Shown: positions 26,401 to 38,440 of the stretch, piece after piece
Position numbering within the stretch: the first letter of the stretch is position 1
Layout: each line of letters begins with the position of its first letter
Origin: Vicugna vicugna
Lineage: Eukaryota
DNA length: 64,000 nucleotides
Direction: 5' to 3'
NCBI GenBank assembly: GCA_013265495.1
Contig: MU058337.1
Span: forward strand, 2,014,686-2,078,685
Notes under the pieces: generated by a model
Databases searched by the model: none
Seen by the model: the letters and a program-made list of their open reading frames with translations, nothing else
What the model was told of the DNA's origin: nothing
Program-made: the position numbers and the translations under genes

Positions 26401-28044
26401 AGGCTGAGAGCGATACACCTACTGGTTGGAAGTCTCTTTATTTTCAGAATTGATGGCTGGATGGACAGACTCATGTCTGTATCTTTGTCATTGTCCCAGG
26501 TGTGTCTCTGATATTGCACAGTGAGTAGTAAGGAGCGGCTCTTCAGTTAAGGGCACAAGGTGACTGCTCCCCTAGGTTAGAACTAGCAGCCCAGCCCCAC
26601 ACCTTACTAGGGGTAAGACATCCCTTTGAGAAAATGAAATCAGGAAACTGACCATTTGTCTTATGCGTAAGTGTCCTTGTTGGAACCAAATATAAAATGC
26701 TTCTGCCTGGATTCTCAGGATAAATACTTCAGCTAGGGGCAGTGCTCGGAGCCAAGTTATCTTGCTGGTTATTGCTGAAGTAATCCCCGAGGAAACCAAG
26801 ATCCAGACGGTATCGAGCAGTGTAAAGGGTGATGTCAACACCTTGAATTAAACCTTGTTATATATGTGTGTATGTTCCTCCATAGAGAAAGTTTTGTTTA
26901 AACATACATGTAATATTACGTTTTCTTAGCCATACAGGTGAAAATAAATAGTCAAAAATCACTGCATTCTTAGACTAATGGCATTTCAGGATATGGACAT
27001 GCTTCGAGCTTGTATTAATTCTGTTTTCTTTTCATACATGTGTGTAAAGTCACTGGCAGTGGATTTTTTAAAATTTGTGTAGTTTCTTTGGAGAAACAGT
27101 GACATATAGGAGTAAAGGATTATTATTTTTTAACTGTGGAGAAACTTTTTTAATGTAACATCATGGAGAAATAAATTTCAGGGTAATTCAAAAGAGGTCT
27201 TTTAGACTCTTAAAACAAGATAGGGTTTATGTGAAAACCCACGGTACGCCTTTTAGTGTTCTTGTGTACAGTGTCTAGGAAGGCAGTGTACGATGGTGAG
27301 TGTTTCTCTTGGCTTAAAGGTGGTGTCCAAACAGCTTCAGTGCCAAGAATAATTCTCAGAAACATGCGCATTAGTCACTGCATTTTAAAATCCATATACG
27401 GTAAAATTCATTTAAGAGACGCACGTGTTTTATGCGTTATCCAAAATCAAGTGCTAAAAAGACAACCTGGCTGAAACGTTACTGCCTTTTGCTCTCTCTT
27501 CTTTCTGCCTTTGTCATCCACCTGCAAGTTGTTTACAGCAGTAACTTACCTCTGTCAACACAGTTTTCTTTTATAGGAATAATATATAGAAATAATGTGA
27601 CTTAATTTGTAATTTCATTGCTCAGTTTGAGCACCCATGAACCAGGAATTCTAGGATCTGGAGTCCTCAGAGCAGGGCACAGAATTAGTCAGAAAGAATA
27701 TTTATCAGGGCTCGGGAAGTACTTACAGAACGGGTGGTACCAACCTGCAGAACCAAAATACAAGACCCCATCCAGTGAGGTATGCAGCCTCCGTATGGTC
27801 CTCGTTACCAGCAGACCTAGCAGAGGGGTCTGGATGGGTTGACTAGGAGGGGCCACAAGCTGTTGGAAGAGGAAATACCATAGAGGTGAGCTTGAGCCAG
27901 GCCCTTGAGAGATCGCTGGGTGTCAAAACCTGGAGAGATCACATTCAAAGGTCAATTTTAAAAATAAAGAATAAAGTCAAGAGTCAGAAGAGAATAAAGT
28001 TATAAAAGGAGCACATCAGGAAAAAAATAAGCAAGGGTTTAAGA

Positions 28045-28250
28045 AAACTACTATATATAAAATCGATAAACAACAAGGTCCTACTGTATAGCACAGGGAA
28101 CTGTATTCAGTATCTTGAACTAGCCCATAATGAAAAGGAACACACACACACACACACACATACACATATATAACTAAATCACTTTGCTGAACACCAGAAA
28201 CTAACATAACAATATAAATCAACTATACTTCAATTAAGCAAAAAGAAAAC
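28045..28250 (+). mobile_element. 5'-truncated L1 3' end, cetartiodactyl-type, with internal (CA)n
   Basis: AAACTACTATATATAAAATCGATAAACAACAAGGTCCTACTGTATAGCACAGGGAAC...AAATCAACTATACTTCAATT plus A-rich tail; candidate TSD AAGAAAAC (28041-28048 / 28243-28250) after TTT. Confidence 0.88.
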
Positions 28251-28344
28251 ACTGTGAATCACTAGCCAGGGAGGGGCCGCCCGTTGGAACGACAGAGGTC
28301 ATCCGTTGTAAGTGTTTGCAGCGCAGCGAGCTGGGTTGGTGCAG

Positions 28345-28515
28345 AGCATCTTTTCTCAACCTTGGTTGCAAATGGCAGTGACCTGGGGAGCTTAAAAAGG
28401 ACCGCAGACCTCCTCCCGGAGATTCCGACTTAATCTCTGAGCTAGAACCTGGGTACTGGGATTTGTGAAATTTCCCAAGTGATTCCAGTACGCAATCAAG
28501 GTTAAGAACCACAGC
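28345..28515. mobile_element. MER5-type hAT-Charlie DNA transposon
   Basis: TTCTCAACCTTGGTTGCA...ACCTGGGGAGCTTAAAAA...TCCCAAGTGATTCCAGTACGCAATCAAGGTTAAGAACCAC. Confidence 0.8.
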
Positions 28516-28649
28516 CTTACATGTGGGGGGGAAGGTAGGTCTAGCAGCAGCGTTCGTGGTAGTTGGGGAGAAAACGTAAGAAAATGGAAATCAATGTTTC
28601 AGCGTGACTTGTCCCAAGAAGTCTTCCAGGAGCCACAGGCTGAGCTGGG

Positions 28650-28815
28650 CTCCGCTGGTGTGGACTTCCGTTTACCTTCTGTATCGCTCCCTTACGACGA
28701 AGCTTGCGCGAAACGCAGTAGTGGCGGAAAAGTTCAAGGTTTTACAAACGAGCCGCTGCAGCCAGGTGGCATGATTAACTGTGTTTCATGGGAAGTATCA
28801 AGCCTCACGATTCGT
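28650..28815. promoter_or_regulatory. Small CpG cluster with ETS and E2F-type motifs (candidate promoter/enhancer)
   Basis: ACTTCCG (28664-28670), GCGCGAAA (28706-28713), GGCGGAAAA (28723-28731) among retained CpGs in non-repeat DNA. Confidence 0.35.
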
Positions 28816-29479
28816 CTTGCTGGGAAAATCTATTTTCAGTCCAGTACCCCTAAGAGAAACTGCTTTTCCTGCCAAAATGGTTATCATGTTTGTCTCATTA
28901 TTGCGGGGTTAGTGGAACACAATTCCTGTGGTATACAGGAATTTCCAGATACAAGATTGCCCACTTGACCTTGAAATTCTGATAAATAATGAATAATGTT
29001 TAAAAATGTAAGTGTATCTCTTGCAATATTTGAGACAGACTGATACCAAAACATGAATAGCTATTTATCAGAACTTCAGATTTAATTGAGCCCCTAGTTT
29101 TGTGTCTTGTTTTTCTAAGTCTGGCATCGCAGCGGGAAAGAATCCACAGCCAGCTGAGTGAGTGACAATTCAGGGATACAGCCAAGAGATGGATATGCGT
29201 TCATAGAAAACAAAACTCCATCCTTGGGATTGTAACAAACCGGTAGTAGGTATTTTGTAGATCGTGTTCAATCAATCCAAGCTCAAAATACCTCTCAACA
29301 CCAGAGTTCAGTATTAAAATGATTTTGGAGGAAGTTTTCAAGTTGATTAGGGATTTCTGCCATTGGTTATAAGACAGCTGACTTAAGGAATAAACTTTTG
29401 GGGGCTTCTAGTAAGACAAAGACCAGCATGCAGACAAAGACAATGATCTGCAGAATCTGGAGAACTCAATCAAAAAAGA

Positions 29480-29720
29480 ATAGGCAAAGCTAACCTATGG
29501 TGATAAAAGTCAGAAGAGCAGAAACTCCCAGGACGGGGAACTGACTGGTCGCCGGGCGTGAGAGACGTTTTTGGAGTGAAGGAGTTGTTCTGTTACCTTG
29601 ATTGGGGTGTGAGTTCTAAGGATTTAGGCATTTGTCAGCACTCAGTAAAATGTTCACTTAAGATCTCTGTGCTTTGTAACATGTAAATTAGGCTTCAGTT
29701 ATATGATGATTAAAAAATTA
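29480..29720 (+). mobile_element. L1MC/L1ME-like 3' end
   Basis: AAGCTAACCTATGGTGATAAAAGTCAGAAGAG...GTTCTGTTACCTTGATTGGGGTG...CACTTAAGATCTCTGTGCTTTGTAACATGTAAATT. Confidence 0.75.
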
Positions 29721-29829
29721 TATATGAAATAATATAATAAATTGTAAAACAAATTTAACAATTTGGAGAACCTGAAGAGAGAAAATTGGTAAACAGATGG
29801 AATTTAAAAGTGGAGAACATTTGTAGTGG

Positions 29830-30050
29830 AGCGCCACCAGGTTCGTCCTAGTCCCCAGTGACACAGAGAGCTTTGATGACGACAGGAAAGACACGGCGAT
29901 CACATTTCAAGATGAAATGAAGCTGAGAGAAATGGCATGCCTGTGAGGAACTCAAGATGCAAAAAGATCTGGACAGTGAAGCAATGAATTGAACTCTGCC
30001 AGATGAAATTTGCTTGAGATAAGTTTTGCAAACTTGAGGGCAGGAAATGT
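29830..30050 (+). mobile_element. L3/CR1 LINE fragment
   Basis: ATCACATTTCAAGATGAAATGAAGCTGAGAG...TCAAGATGCAAAAAGATCTGGACAG...CAGATGAAATTTG matches CR1 RT landmarks. Confidence 0.55.
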
Positions 30051-32218
30051 TCCGTTTTATAAATGTTCACAGCCAGCCTTAGGAATTCTTGTTTGAGAAA
30101 TGGATTTGCTTAGAATCAGCAGCGTGACAGGATCATCAGTGAAGCTGTTGTGGTCTTCCATTGGGCTGTTCGAAGGGGCTCAATAAATAAACCTCCCTCG
30201 CCGCCGGAGCTCCTGATGGACTGAGAGGCAGGAGGAGCAGGTGGATGGAGACGCAGGCAGCCCCTTCACTCTGGATCAAGGCTGGGTTATACGGTTGCCT
30301 TGGGTATGTGGTAATTGGGTTCCCGACCCTGAACTCCAGGACCTTACAGAATGGCTGATCTCTCATTGGAGGGTGACACTTTTATCAGGAAATCTAACAG
30401 GACGGAGAGCAGAGCCCCCCGCCCTGCAGGAGCTGGCCGCACGCAGAGCAGAGGGGTGCAGGGAAGACACTCATTCTTCTCCCAAACTCCTGGTCTGATC
30501 AGACAGTCCAGCGCCCAGGTAGGGCGGAAGACAGGAGGCAGACACAGAAACCAGAAGTGGCACACTGCGGAGCACTCCTCCCCTTCCAAGGACATGCCAG
30601 GACTGGGGCCTGTCTGCACTTAATGCTGAGCTGCATTAGTGACTGACGAGCTGGGGACTATGTAACACATCTCCATACTGCAAAGCCTCCAGCCACCTAC
30701 TGTAACAAAACAGCTCTTGGTGGTGTTTATTTAAAGTTCCTGAAGGCATTTAAGTAAAACGTTTGTTTCTCTTATTTCTTTGTCATTATTCAAATAATCA
30801 CATTTGATATGTAAAAAAAATTTCCCCTTAAACTTATAGGCCAAAAAACGGCTGTTTCAGGTGTGCGCGTGTCGTGGAGTGTGTAGTATACAGTGACACA
30901 GGATCCGGTCCCGCCGTGCTCAGGAGTGGCCAGATTGTGAGGTCACTCTCATCAGGATGTAATTCACTGTCTGCCTTTTCTCTAGTCTATATTTGTCGGC
31001 TTTCCGTTTTATTTTTTGGCATCTTATATATCTTCAACTTAAGAAAATCCTTGAGTTTCATTCTGATAAATGCTTGAATATTTGAATCATTTGCAGTGAT
31101 ATCATAAATGTGTTTTTTAATTTATTCAAGAGACGCTTTTTGAGCACAGACCAAGCCCTGGTCACTATACTAAGCCAAGAGATGGATGGTTAAACCCTCA
31201 TCTCAGATTTGAATCTGTTTGGTTTTTCTCAGTTTTGAAGAAGGTTTTCTCCTTGCCTTCTCTGTCTGGTGACCTCACCCTTTTTCTCATTAGCTGAGAT
31301 TATATTAAATGTTCTGTTATTAGAAGTTTTAATGAAGCCTAAAGTAAAGCTTCATTCCACCTATAATTTTCTCCAGTTCCCTGAAACACTGCAGTTAGTC
31401 ATCATCTAATGTACACTATTTATATCATTTTTTTCTCGTTACCATTTTCACCCAAGCAGTGAGATTGCTTAAGTGAATAATTCCAAGTCAGTTAAATCGA
31501 GAATAACTAGGAATATGAGGAGAAAATGAATTTAAATGTTCTGCTTTCCCCACCGATTTGAATTCCAAAAGGAAAAGGAATGAGAGCATGAGTTCTTTGA
31601 ATATCTCAGTAAGTTCACAAGCCTGACAAAGATTGAAAACAAAACATGGGAAATAATTTGTCTTTGTTTGCAAACTCCTTTCAGTTAAAAGAAACCCTGC
31701 ACGCATTTAATATGTGCAAATTATCTATAAATTATATACTAATATGTGCTAATCTATCAATTACACATGTACTTTAAAAATAACAAACAGAAATTAGAAA
31801 GGAATGAATTTTCAGAGTATCAATAGAACATTTGCATTTTCTACCACACCCCTGTGATGGTTTCGTAGCCCCTGGTTCCAGAGTGGATGGACTGTGCTTC
31901 GGGAAGCAACTGCAGACTCTGTTTTCTGCCTGTGTAAAATTCTAGTAAGTCCGCTTGTCTGCAGAATCCTATAGAAATGACAGCATAAATCAATAGTGAA
32001 ACGGCATCAGATAGGAAAAAAAAATGTAGCCAAACAGGTTAATAGGGAAGTTAAATACTTTACATCAATATTGAGATTTTCCCTAGAAGACACTGCATGG
32101 TTTCTAATTAGAGATCCATGAGAAATCCCTCTTAATAAAAAAGTTTGCAACCAATTTAGGTGATGAACCAATGCATTTTTTTTCTAAGACTCTAAGCAAG
32201 CAGCAGACACCTAGAAAA

Positions 32219-32252
32219 GCGCGCGCGCACACACACACACACACACTCACAC
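32219..32252. repeat. (GC)n(CA)n dinucleotide microsatellite
   Basis: Direct read: GCGCGCGCGC followed by CACACA run. Confidence 0.9.
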
Positions 32253-33859
32253 GTGTCTCTGGGAATTATAATGAGAATCCAAGTCATCACTGCATAAGAG
32301 ATATACTAATCCTTTGAGCAAGGTGTTAATTGTTAATCTCATTGTTCCTGTCCAGTAGCCTGCATAACACTCTGTTTATAACAGGCTTCCTGTGGTAAAA
32401 GAATGGGCTGCTAACCCTCAACACATGCTTTCCAGTGATCATTTTAGTGGCCGTGGGTCCTTATAATAGGGGCTAATCTCCATAACATCATCATTACTGG
32501 ATGAGGGTAACTAAAATTATAGAGACCCTTTGCTCTAATTATAGACTCTGAATGTTAAATCCATTCTTTAATCAACTGTAAATGCACTGTAAAGGGAATT
32601 GTAAGTTCTTTCCAGGGAGCAATATGCATTCAAGCTAGCAGACTAGAACTGAGCAGCGTAATGTGTTTGGGGGAAAAATAACTGAATATGCTCCTGGTAG
32701 AGCCTGCATTACGATGTGGCTCCTGGCTGCAGAGATTGTCACAGAAAGTCACATGCTTCTAGTTTCCGCATCATTACCAAGGTGTGGTGTTCATGTGTTA
32801 CTGGTCCAGAGTCCTCCATAGTACACAAGTCAAGTGTGTTCTCAAATGTCTACTTTTCTTCCATTATTTGCTTGTTTTCTGATATTCTTTAGAGCCAAAA
32901 GAGAGGAAATTGTGTCTCTCAAAATCCAGAAGTCCATGGATTCCATTCAATTCCACGTATTTTGTTGGCATGGAGAGGAATTTCCATTTGCTTTAAACTC
33001 TAATATACAAAGCCTAAAACAAATCTATTCTGCTAACCCCACAAATATCTTATCATTTACCGTGAAAAGCGAGAGAGACATTTTCAGTCTATTTGAGTCA
33101 CAGGCGGCAGCTTGGTTTTAATCAAATGCTAGGCAGTTGATAGAGATTCAAAAGAATCTTATTAACTGCCTTGAGAGAATTCACGCCACGGGCTTGCTGG
33201 TGACACCATCTTTGTCTTGTTGATGGGATAGGAAAACACTACAGATTCCATGTGAGAATGTAAGCAGTGCTTCCAAGTCAACTTGCATCAGCAGAGCAGA
33301 CAAATGCACAAGGGGAAGCAGCCCTAAGTGTCAGGGGACCCATTCGTAGACTCTCAAGGGTGTATCTTCATTTTCAGTCTTTATCATCTTCCTGTGTGAA
33401 AACTAATCAATTCTTCCTAAACACCTTAGAAAAATTTTTTTTCTCAGTATGGGATGCTCTCAAGCCTTACCAGAAGGAACCTAGTGAGAAATCAGAACCT
33501 TGTTCCATGTCAAGGTTGACCCAATTGTTCAAATAACCCAGATTTTTTCTGGGGTTTGTTCTTTTCCTTAACTAACTCCCTTACCCCATTTCCTCTCTCC
33601 CCAAACCATCTTTCCACCTGTGAAATTAAAAGGAAGACATCATCTACTCTCAGTCCTTTTAATCTCATTCTGTCTTTGTGTTCGAATTGGCCCCTGACAT
33701 TTTGGGAGAGGAAATGTAATTTATTTGTTATTATATAATATTCACTCCTGGGAAGTTTTAATACCTCGTCACGGTGTGATTAAAACAATAACAACCACCA
33801 CCAAAACCCAGCTAAGCCTCTTGCATTTTGATTTTTAAATGATTCGTCTTCTTTGACAG

Positions 33860-33952
33860 GGTAGCAATGTTTGTTTTCAAGCTTTTGTGTTGAGATGTTT
33901 TAGGCTTCTGATGGAAACAGATGATTAGAAAGAAACATTCTCCATTTTCCAG
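33860..33952 (+). other. Candidate non-coding/cryptic exon (93 nt)
   Basis: Acceptor TCTTCTTTGACAG|G and consensus donor CAG|GTAAGT; stop codons in all three frames. Confidence 0.25.
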
Positions 33953-35022
33953 GTAAGTCCGATACGACAAAGAACAATGGCACTCGGTATGAAGAGGATC
34001 TTGTGTTGAGCTGCTAGTGTTAGAGTAACATCCTGCAGGTTTCCCGGAAAACTGGGGGATTCTTTATTACCGTGACGTTCTTCTCTTTGCTTTAACATTC
34101 CCACGCTTTCTCCAACAATTTCCCTATATTTGAATTATTACCGAAAGCTACAAAGGCTAACATTAAATATATTAACTTTTTAATGTGATTCAGCTTTTTC
34201 AGCCGTTAGTCTCCCTCAGATGTCTGCCATTATTTACATGATTATGTCGTCAGTCCAGCGGCAGCTTTTACCTTCGGAGTGCAACACAATGAGTTTACAT
34301 ATTTCATCCTGCAAGGGGGATGGCATAAGGAGTGGTCATTCAGAAGGCTGACCTGAAGCAGATCTTACGTTTGGTGGGGGATGGACCTCAGATCTACAGA
34401 AGAGGGTGTGAGGCTAGGAGCCGAGAGCTTCAAGCAGGCAGGGCATGCACACATGTTTGTCGGCAGTGGGTTTTGGAAAACCTATGTCGTGGTAGATAGA
34501 AGATTTAAACTTTATAAGTGGATTCAGTCTTCATCAAATAAGCAATGATTCTGCCAGACACCAGTGCGCTCTATTTTTAACTTGAATAACTCAGACTTCT
34601 GTAGAAGGAGGAGCTCTGACCTTTCACTTGGATCTTGGTAGCCTGCACCTCCTCTGTGGTTCTTGTTCACTCTTGCTTAGTGAATGTGCCTGGTGGCATC
34701 CAGCTTTAGCGAGGCGGCTGATATCCAGTTGGTGCCTTCTTGACATCCTTCTGTGTTTTTGGTTCTTACCCACGGAGATTTATGAGTTCATTGTGTGCAG
34801 CCAAAGGGCCCCTGTGACAATGCCCTGAATTATCTCAGCCTCCCAAAGTAACAGTCTTGAAAAGGCAGACTTAGAGAGGATTTTTAAAGCTTAGCTTCAC
34901 CCTTTTTATTTCTCATAAAGTACTGCAATAACAAAGGAGTCTGCTTAAGTTTCAGACCCCACTGCCAATAGAAACTACTAAACATGGTGGGGTATCTTAT
35001 TCCTACCTGACGGCTGGTCTAA

Positions 35023-35086
35023 ATTTTATTTTTTTGTATTGAAGTATAGTCAGTTACAATGTGTCCATTTCTGGTGTGCAGCACAA
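35023..35086 (-). mobile_element. Very short L1 3' terminus, camelid/cetartiodactyl-type
   Basis: TTTTTTGTATTGAAGTATAGTCAGTTACAATGTGTCCATTTCTGGTGTGCAGCAC. Confidence 0.75.
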
Positions 35087-36034
35087 TAAACTTTCCAACT
35101 GCAAGATTCCAAAATGATATCCAGCCAAAGTCTGAACCAATATGGGTGGATCTTAGGGTTCTCTTTCCACATGGTTCTCAATGTTTCATTTTCATTTTTA
35201 ACTCACCTTCAGCAGAAGAATGTAATCATGGAAAACAGTATAATCAGTCAGAAAAAATTAAAAACTGCCTTCCTTAAGCCAGAATTCCAATCACTGTGAT
35301 TTCTGTCACCACTCACATCTGTTGATCTTTCTTCTCTGAAGGATTTTTGTTCCAGAATTTTGCAGTTTTAGAAAAATGTTTCTGCAACTCGTTTTAAAGT
35401 TGGTAACATTTGAACTTACTAAACTAAACAAGTTAGCTTTTCCTCTTTAATTCATGAAAAAATGCTATTCACTTTAAATATAATTCTTTTCACCATGAAG
35501 AAATATGGTCGTATACGAAATACATAGGAGGAGAATATACGCCGAGGCAACCATATTGTTTGTCTTCACTATTCCATCTACTGACTGCTATATTATTTGC
35601 ATTCAATCCAGGGAATAATATTTACTCTAAAGTGAGAATCAAGAGGATTTATGGCCATGATCTTTTCTAACCCATGGCTAAATTCCATATCCCTTCATCT
35701 CCCATCCATTTGGCCCCAACCTTCTTTGTTTTACAACTTTTCCCTTAAGACGCCCTCCCTGGCCCTACTTCCATGACCGTTTACCCTCCTCAAACACATT
35801 CCTTTGTTTACTTTCTTTGAACTTGTTCCAACCGCCTCTCATGTCTCATGAACTAATTAGAAAAACCAAAAATTCCTTGGTAAGAGCAGAATAAAGAATA
35901 ACATGTCCAGAAGAGAAGGTATCCATAAGACAAACATTACCCAACTTTAAAAACAACACTGCCGATGCTTTGTGGAGCCCGGGTGTGCACGGTATCTCGT
36001 GCGGTCCTCGTCACGAGTCCGTGGACTGTGTAGG

Positions 36035-36449
36035 TGTGTTGGTTATTTTCCACTCTTCTCCTTCCCAGTCCATTCTCGGTCATTTTTCTCCTGCACCAGG
36101 CTCTCCTGCAGCTGACTCCCCAGGTTTGGTCTTCAGGGTCACCAGGAGGAGGTCCGAGGTGGAGGGGGAGAGATCGGGTTTAGGTGCCCCTCTGGGTATG
36201 ACTGCTGCCCCCAGCCAGGGGTCCCCCCACACCGCCCGCCCCTTCTCCACAGCCCCAGGGGTCAGCGGGCTCCACTGTAGGATTTCCTTTGCTCATTCCT
36301 TCCATCCAGGGTTGGTGACAACTTCCTTTTGTTAACAGTCTCACCATCTTTTAAATCTGCCCACACGTTTGTTAAGTGGTACCCTTATCAACTTCTTCAT
36401 TTGACTTATCTACGGTGAATTCCATCACCTACTTACACTTTGACCAACA
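36035..36449 (+). mobile_element. LTR33-like ERVL solo LTR
   Basis: CACCAGGAGGAGGTCCGAGGTGGAGGGGGAGAGATCGGG...GGGTTGGTGACAACTTCC...CTGCCCACACGTTTGTTAAGTGGTACCCTTATCAACTTC...TGACCAACA follows the LTR33 layout. Confidence 0.65.
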
Positions 36450-38299
36450 AATGGGGCATATTTTATTAGCTGTGAATTCTGTTGATGGAGAAATTAAAGT
36501 ACAGCAAAGAAAGTGACTTTGGGAGTCTAGAAGCCAGGTCTCCTTGTGAGACGTTCATGCTCAGAGCACTCTTTTGATGCCTAAATGATGATCTCGGTCC
36601 AACAGATAGTAAGGAGTCTTGTTAATCTTGTTCCCTCAAGTATCCCAAGACCCTAGAACAGCTCGACCGACATGCACCCAGCCCCCCCCCCCCCAAGCTT
36701 GCCTGCATGGAGCACTGAGAAGGGAGAGCTGAGAATACATATTTTGCCCTGTGTCTACACACAGATACTGCTGGATGAGTTTTGGGTGTGGAGGTGAGAA
36801 CTATAAAGCCGTACACACACAGGGGGCGGGGGGCCTTATTTCCAAGCTTGGGGTCAGATACCTGTTTCCTCCACAGCGTCATCCCAGAGAGCACAGGTGG
36901 TGACTGGCCGTTCACAGCACGGTAGCTTTTGGGCAGGAACACTTGATGGTACAATTGAGGATTAGTCCAAGTCCAATTTCTGTGACCCCATTTAAGTCCA
37001 GTCCCCTAACCCTCCCAGGGACGTTCCGAGGCACCTGACTTTTTTTTTTTTTTTTTATTAAATGTCATTACACATGGACCAGTGAGAAAACTCGATATTC
37101 CATTGTCTGCAACTAACAATCTAGTCTATGTCTTCTGGATGAAATGGTCATTACGCTTTCCCCCCTCTATTTCAAGCTTCTCCATTTATGCTGAAAACCT
37201 CACCCTCCCCATTTTCTATGCCTCTTTTTCTTCCTTATTGTAATAGGAGATCTTACATATCCATTTTTGAAAGAGACCTTTTGTTTATTATCAAGTTCAA
37301 GGTTCCTCTCCTTTCTGTCAACCATAATTCACCATCATTTAGTCCTTTATTTCCTTCTTTCATGCAGTAAAATAGGCTCAAAGGAAAAGATCTTCTCGTG
37401 AGTTTTTTTTTCCCTTGTGGCTAAAACTGGAGCCAGCTCTCTGGCAGTAATGCTAAATATAGAAGTTGGAAGTTGTCTAAAAATTTCATCCCTCCCCTTT
37501 TCTAGGGTGGATAACATCCTGTATAACTGGATTTTGTAGATTTTGTTCCTTCCCGCTACATGCCTCTGCCTATTTTCTTGTAATTTGAGGTAATAAAGCC
37601 CAAGGAGAGAAGAAGGAAAGGATAACAGAATTCTTTGGAATTTACATACGCTGAAATCAACTTTGGTTTTTTCAAAGGAGCCTAGAAAACACAGATAGAC
37701 AAGTTCCACCGCGTAGCTGGAGATCCTGGAAGTACCGTGAGGTTTAAAGACTTAATGTTCTGTTTAGTAACAGTCCCAAATGGTAAAAGGATTGTCTTAA
37801 AGCTGTCCTTGGGAGTCACTGGGAACTGAGGCTTACGATCCACTATGTCCTGTCCTTTCTCTGCTGTTTTCATCCATCAGCCCTCAGGATTATATGTTTT
37901 GAATTTTGATTCCCTTAAAAATTTTTCAGTAAAATTAATATCAAGACAGTCTTGAAAGGAGCACACCCACAGGCACACACCCAGAAGTGATACGTAACTG
38001 GATGCGTACACACGAGGTCTCTAAAGGAACACCTCCTCTGTCCTCCCGCTGCTGACAGAGGAAAAGACGGGTTTTGCAGGCTGATCATTGTATGTTTATA
38101 GATACATTCCAGGTCTCTCTTGCTCCAGCTAGTGGCGTCTCTCCTTTTAACCAACAGCTGCTTCTGAGTCATTGCCCAGCTCCTAGTCAATGTCCCCATT
38201 GGGACAAAAACTCTCCCCTCAGTCCCCATTCTCAGGAAAGGATGTTCCTAAAGGCTCTGCCACTGAGGGGCCTGCCTGGAACTAGTTCATGCTTTTAAC

Positions 38300-38440
38300 G
38301 TTCTTCTATTCATGCATTCGTTTATTTCAGAAACATTTATTTTGGGACATCTACCAGATGCCAGGCACTTGCAGAGGGCTGGAGGTGTGAAAGTGAACAG
38401 GAAAGATGCAGTTGGGACAACGGCGCTGATGCTCAGTTGG
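38300..38440 (-). mobile_element. L2 3' end
   Basis: ATTCATGCATTCGTTTATTTCAGAAACATTTATTTTGGGACATCTACCAGATGCCAGGCACT. Confidence 0.75.
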
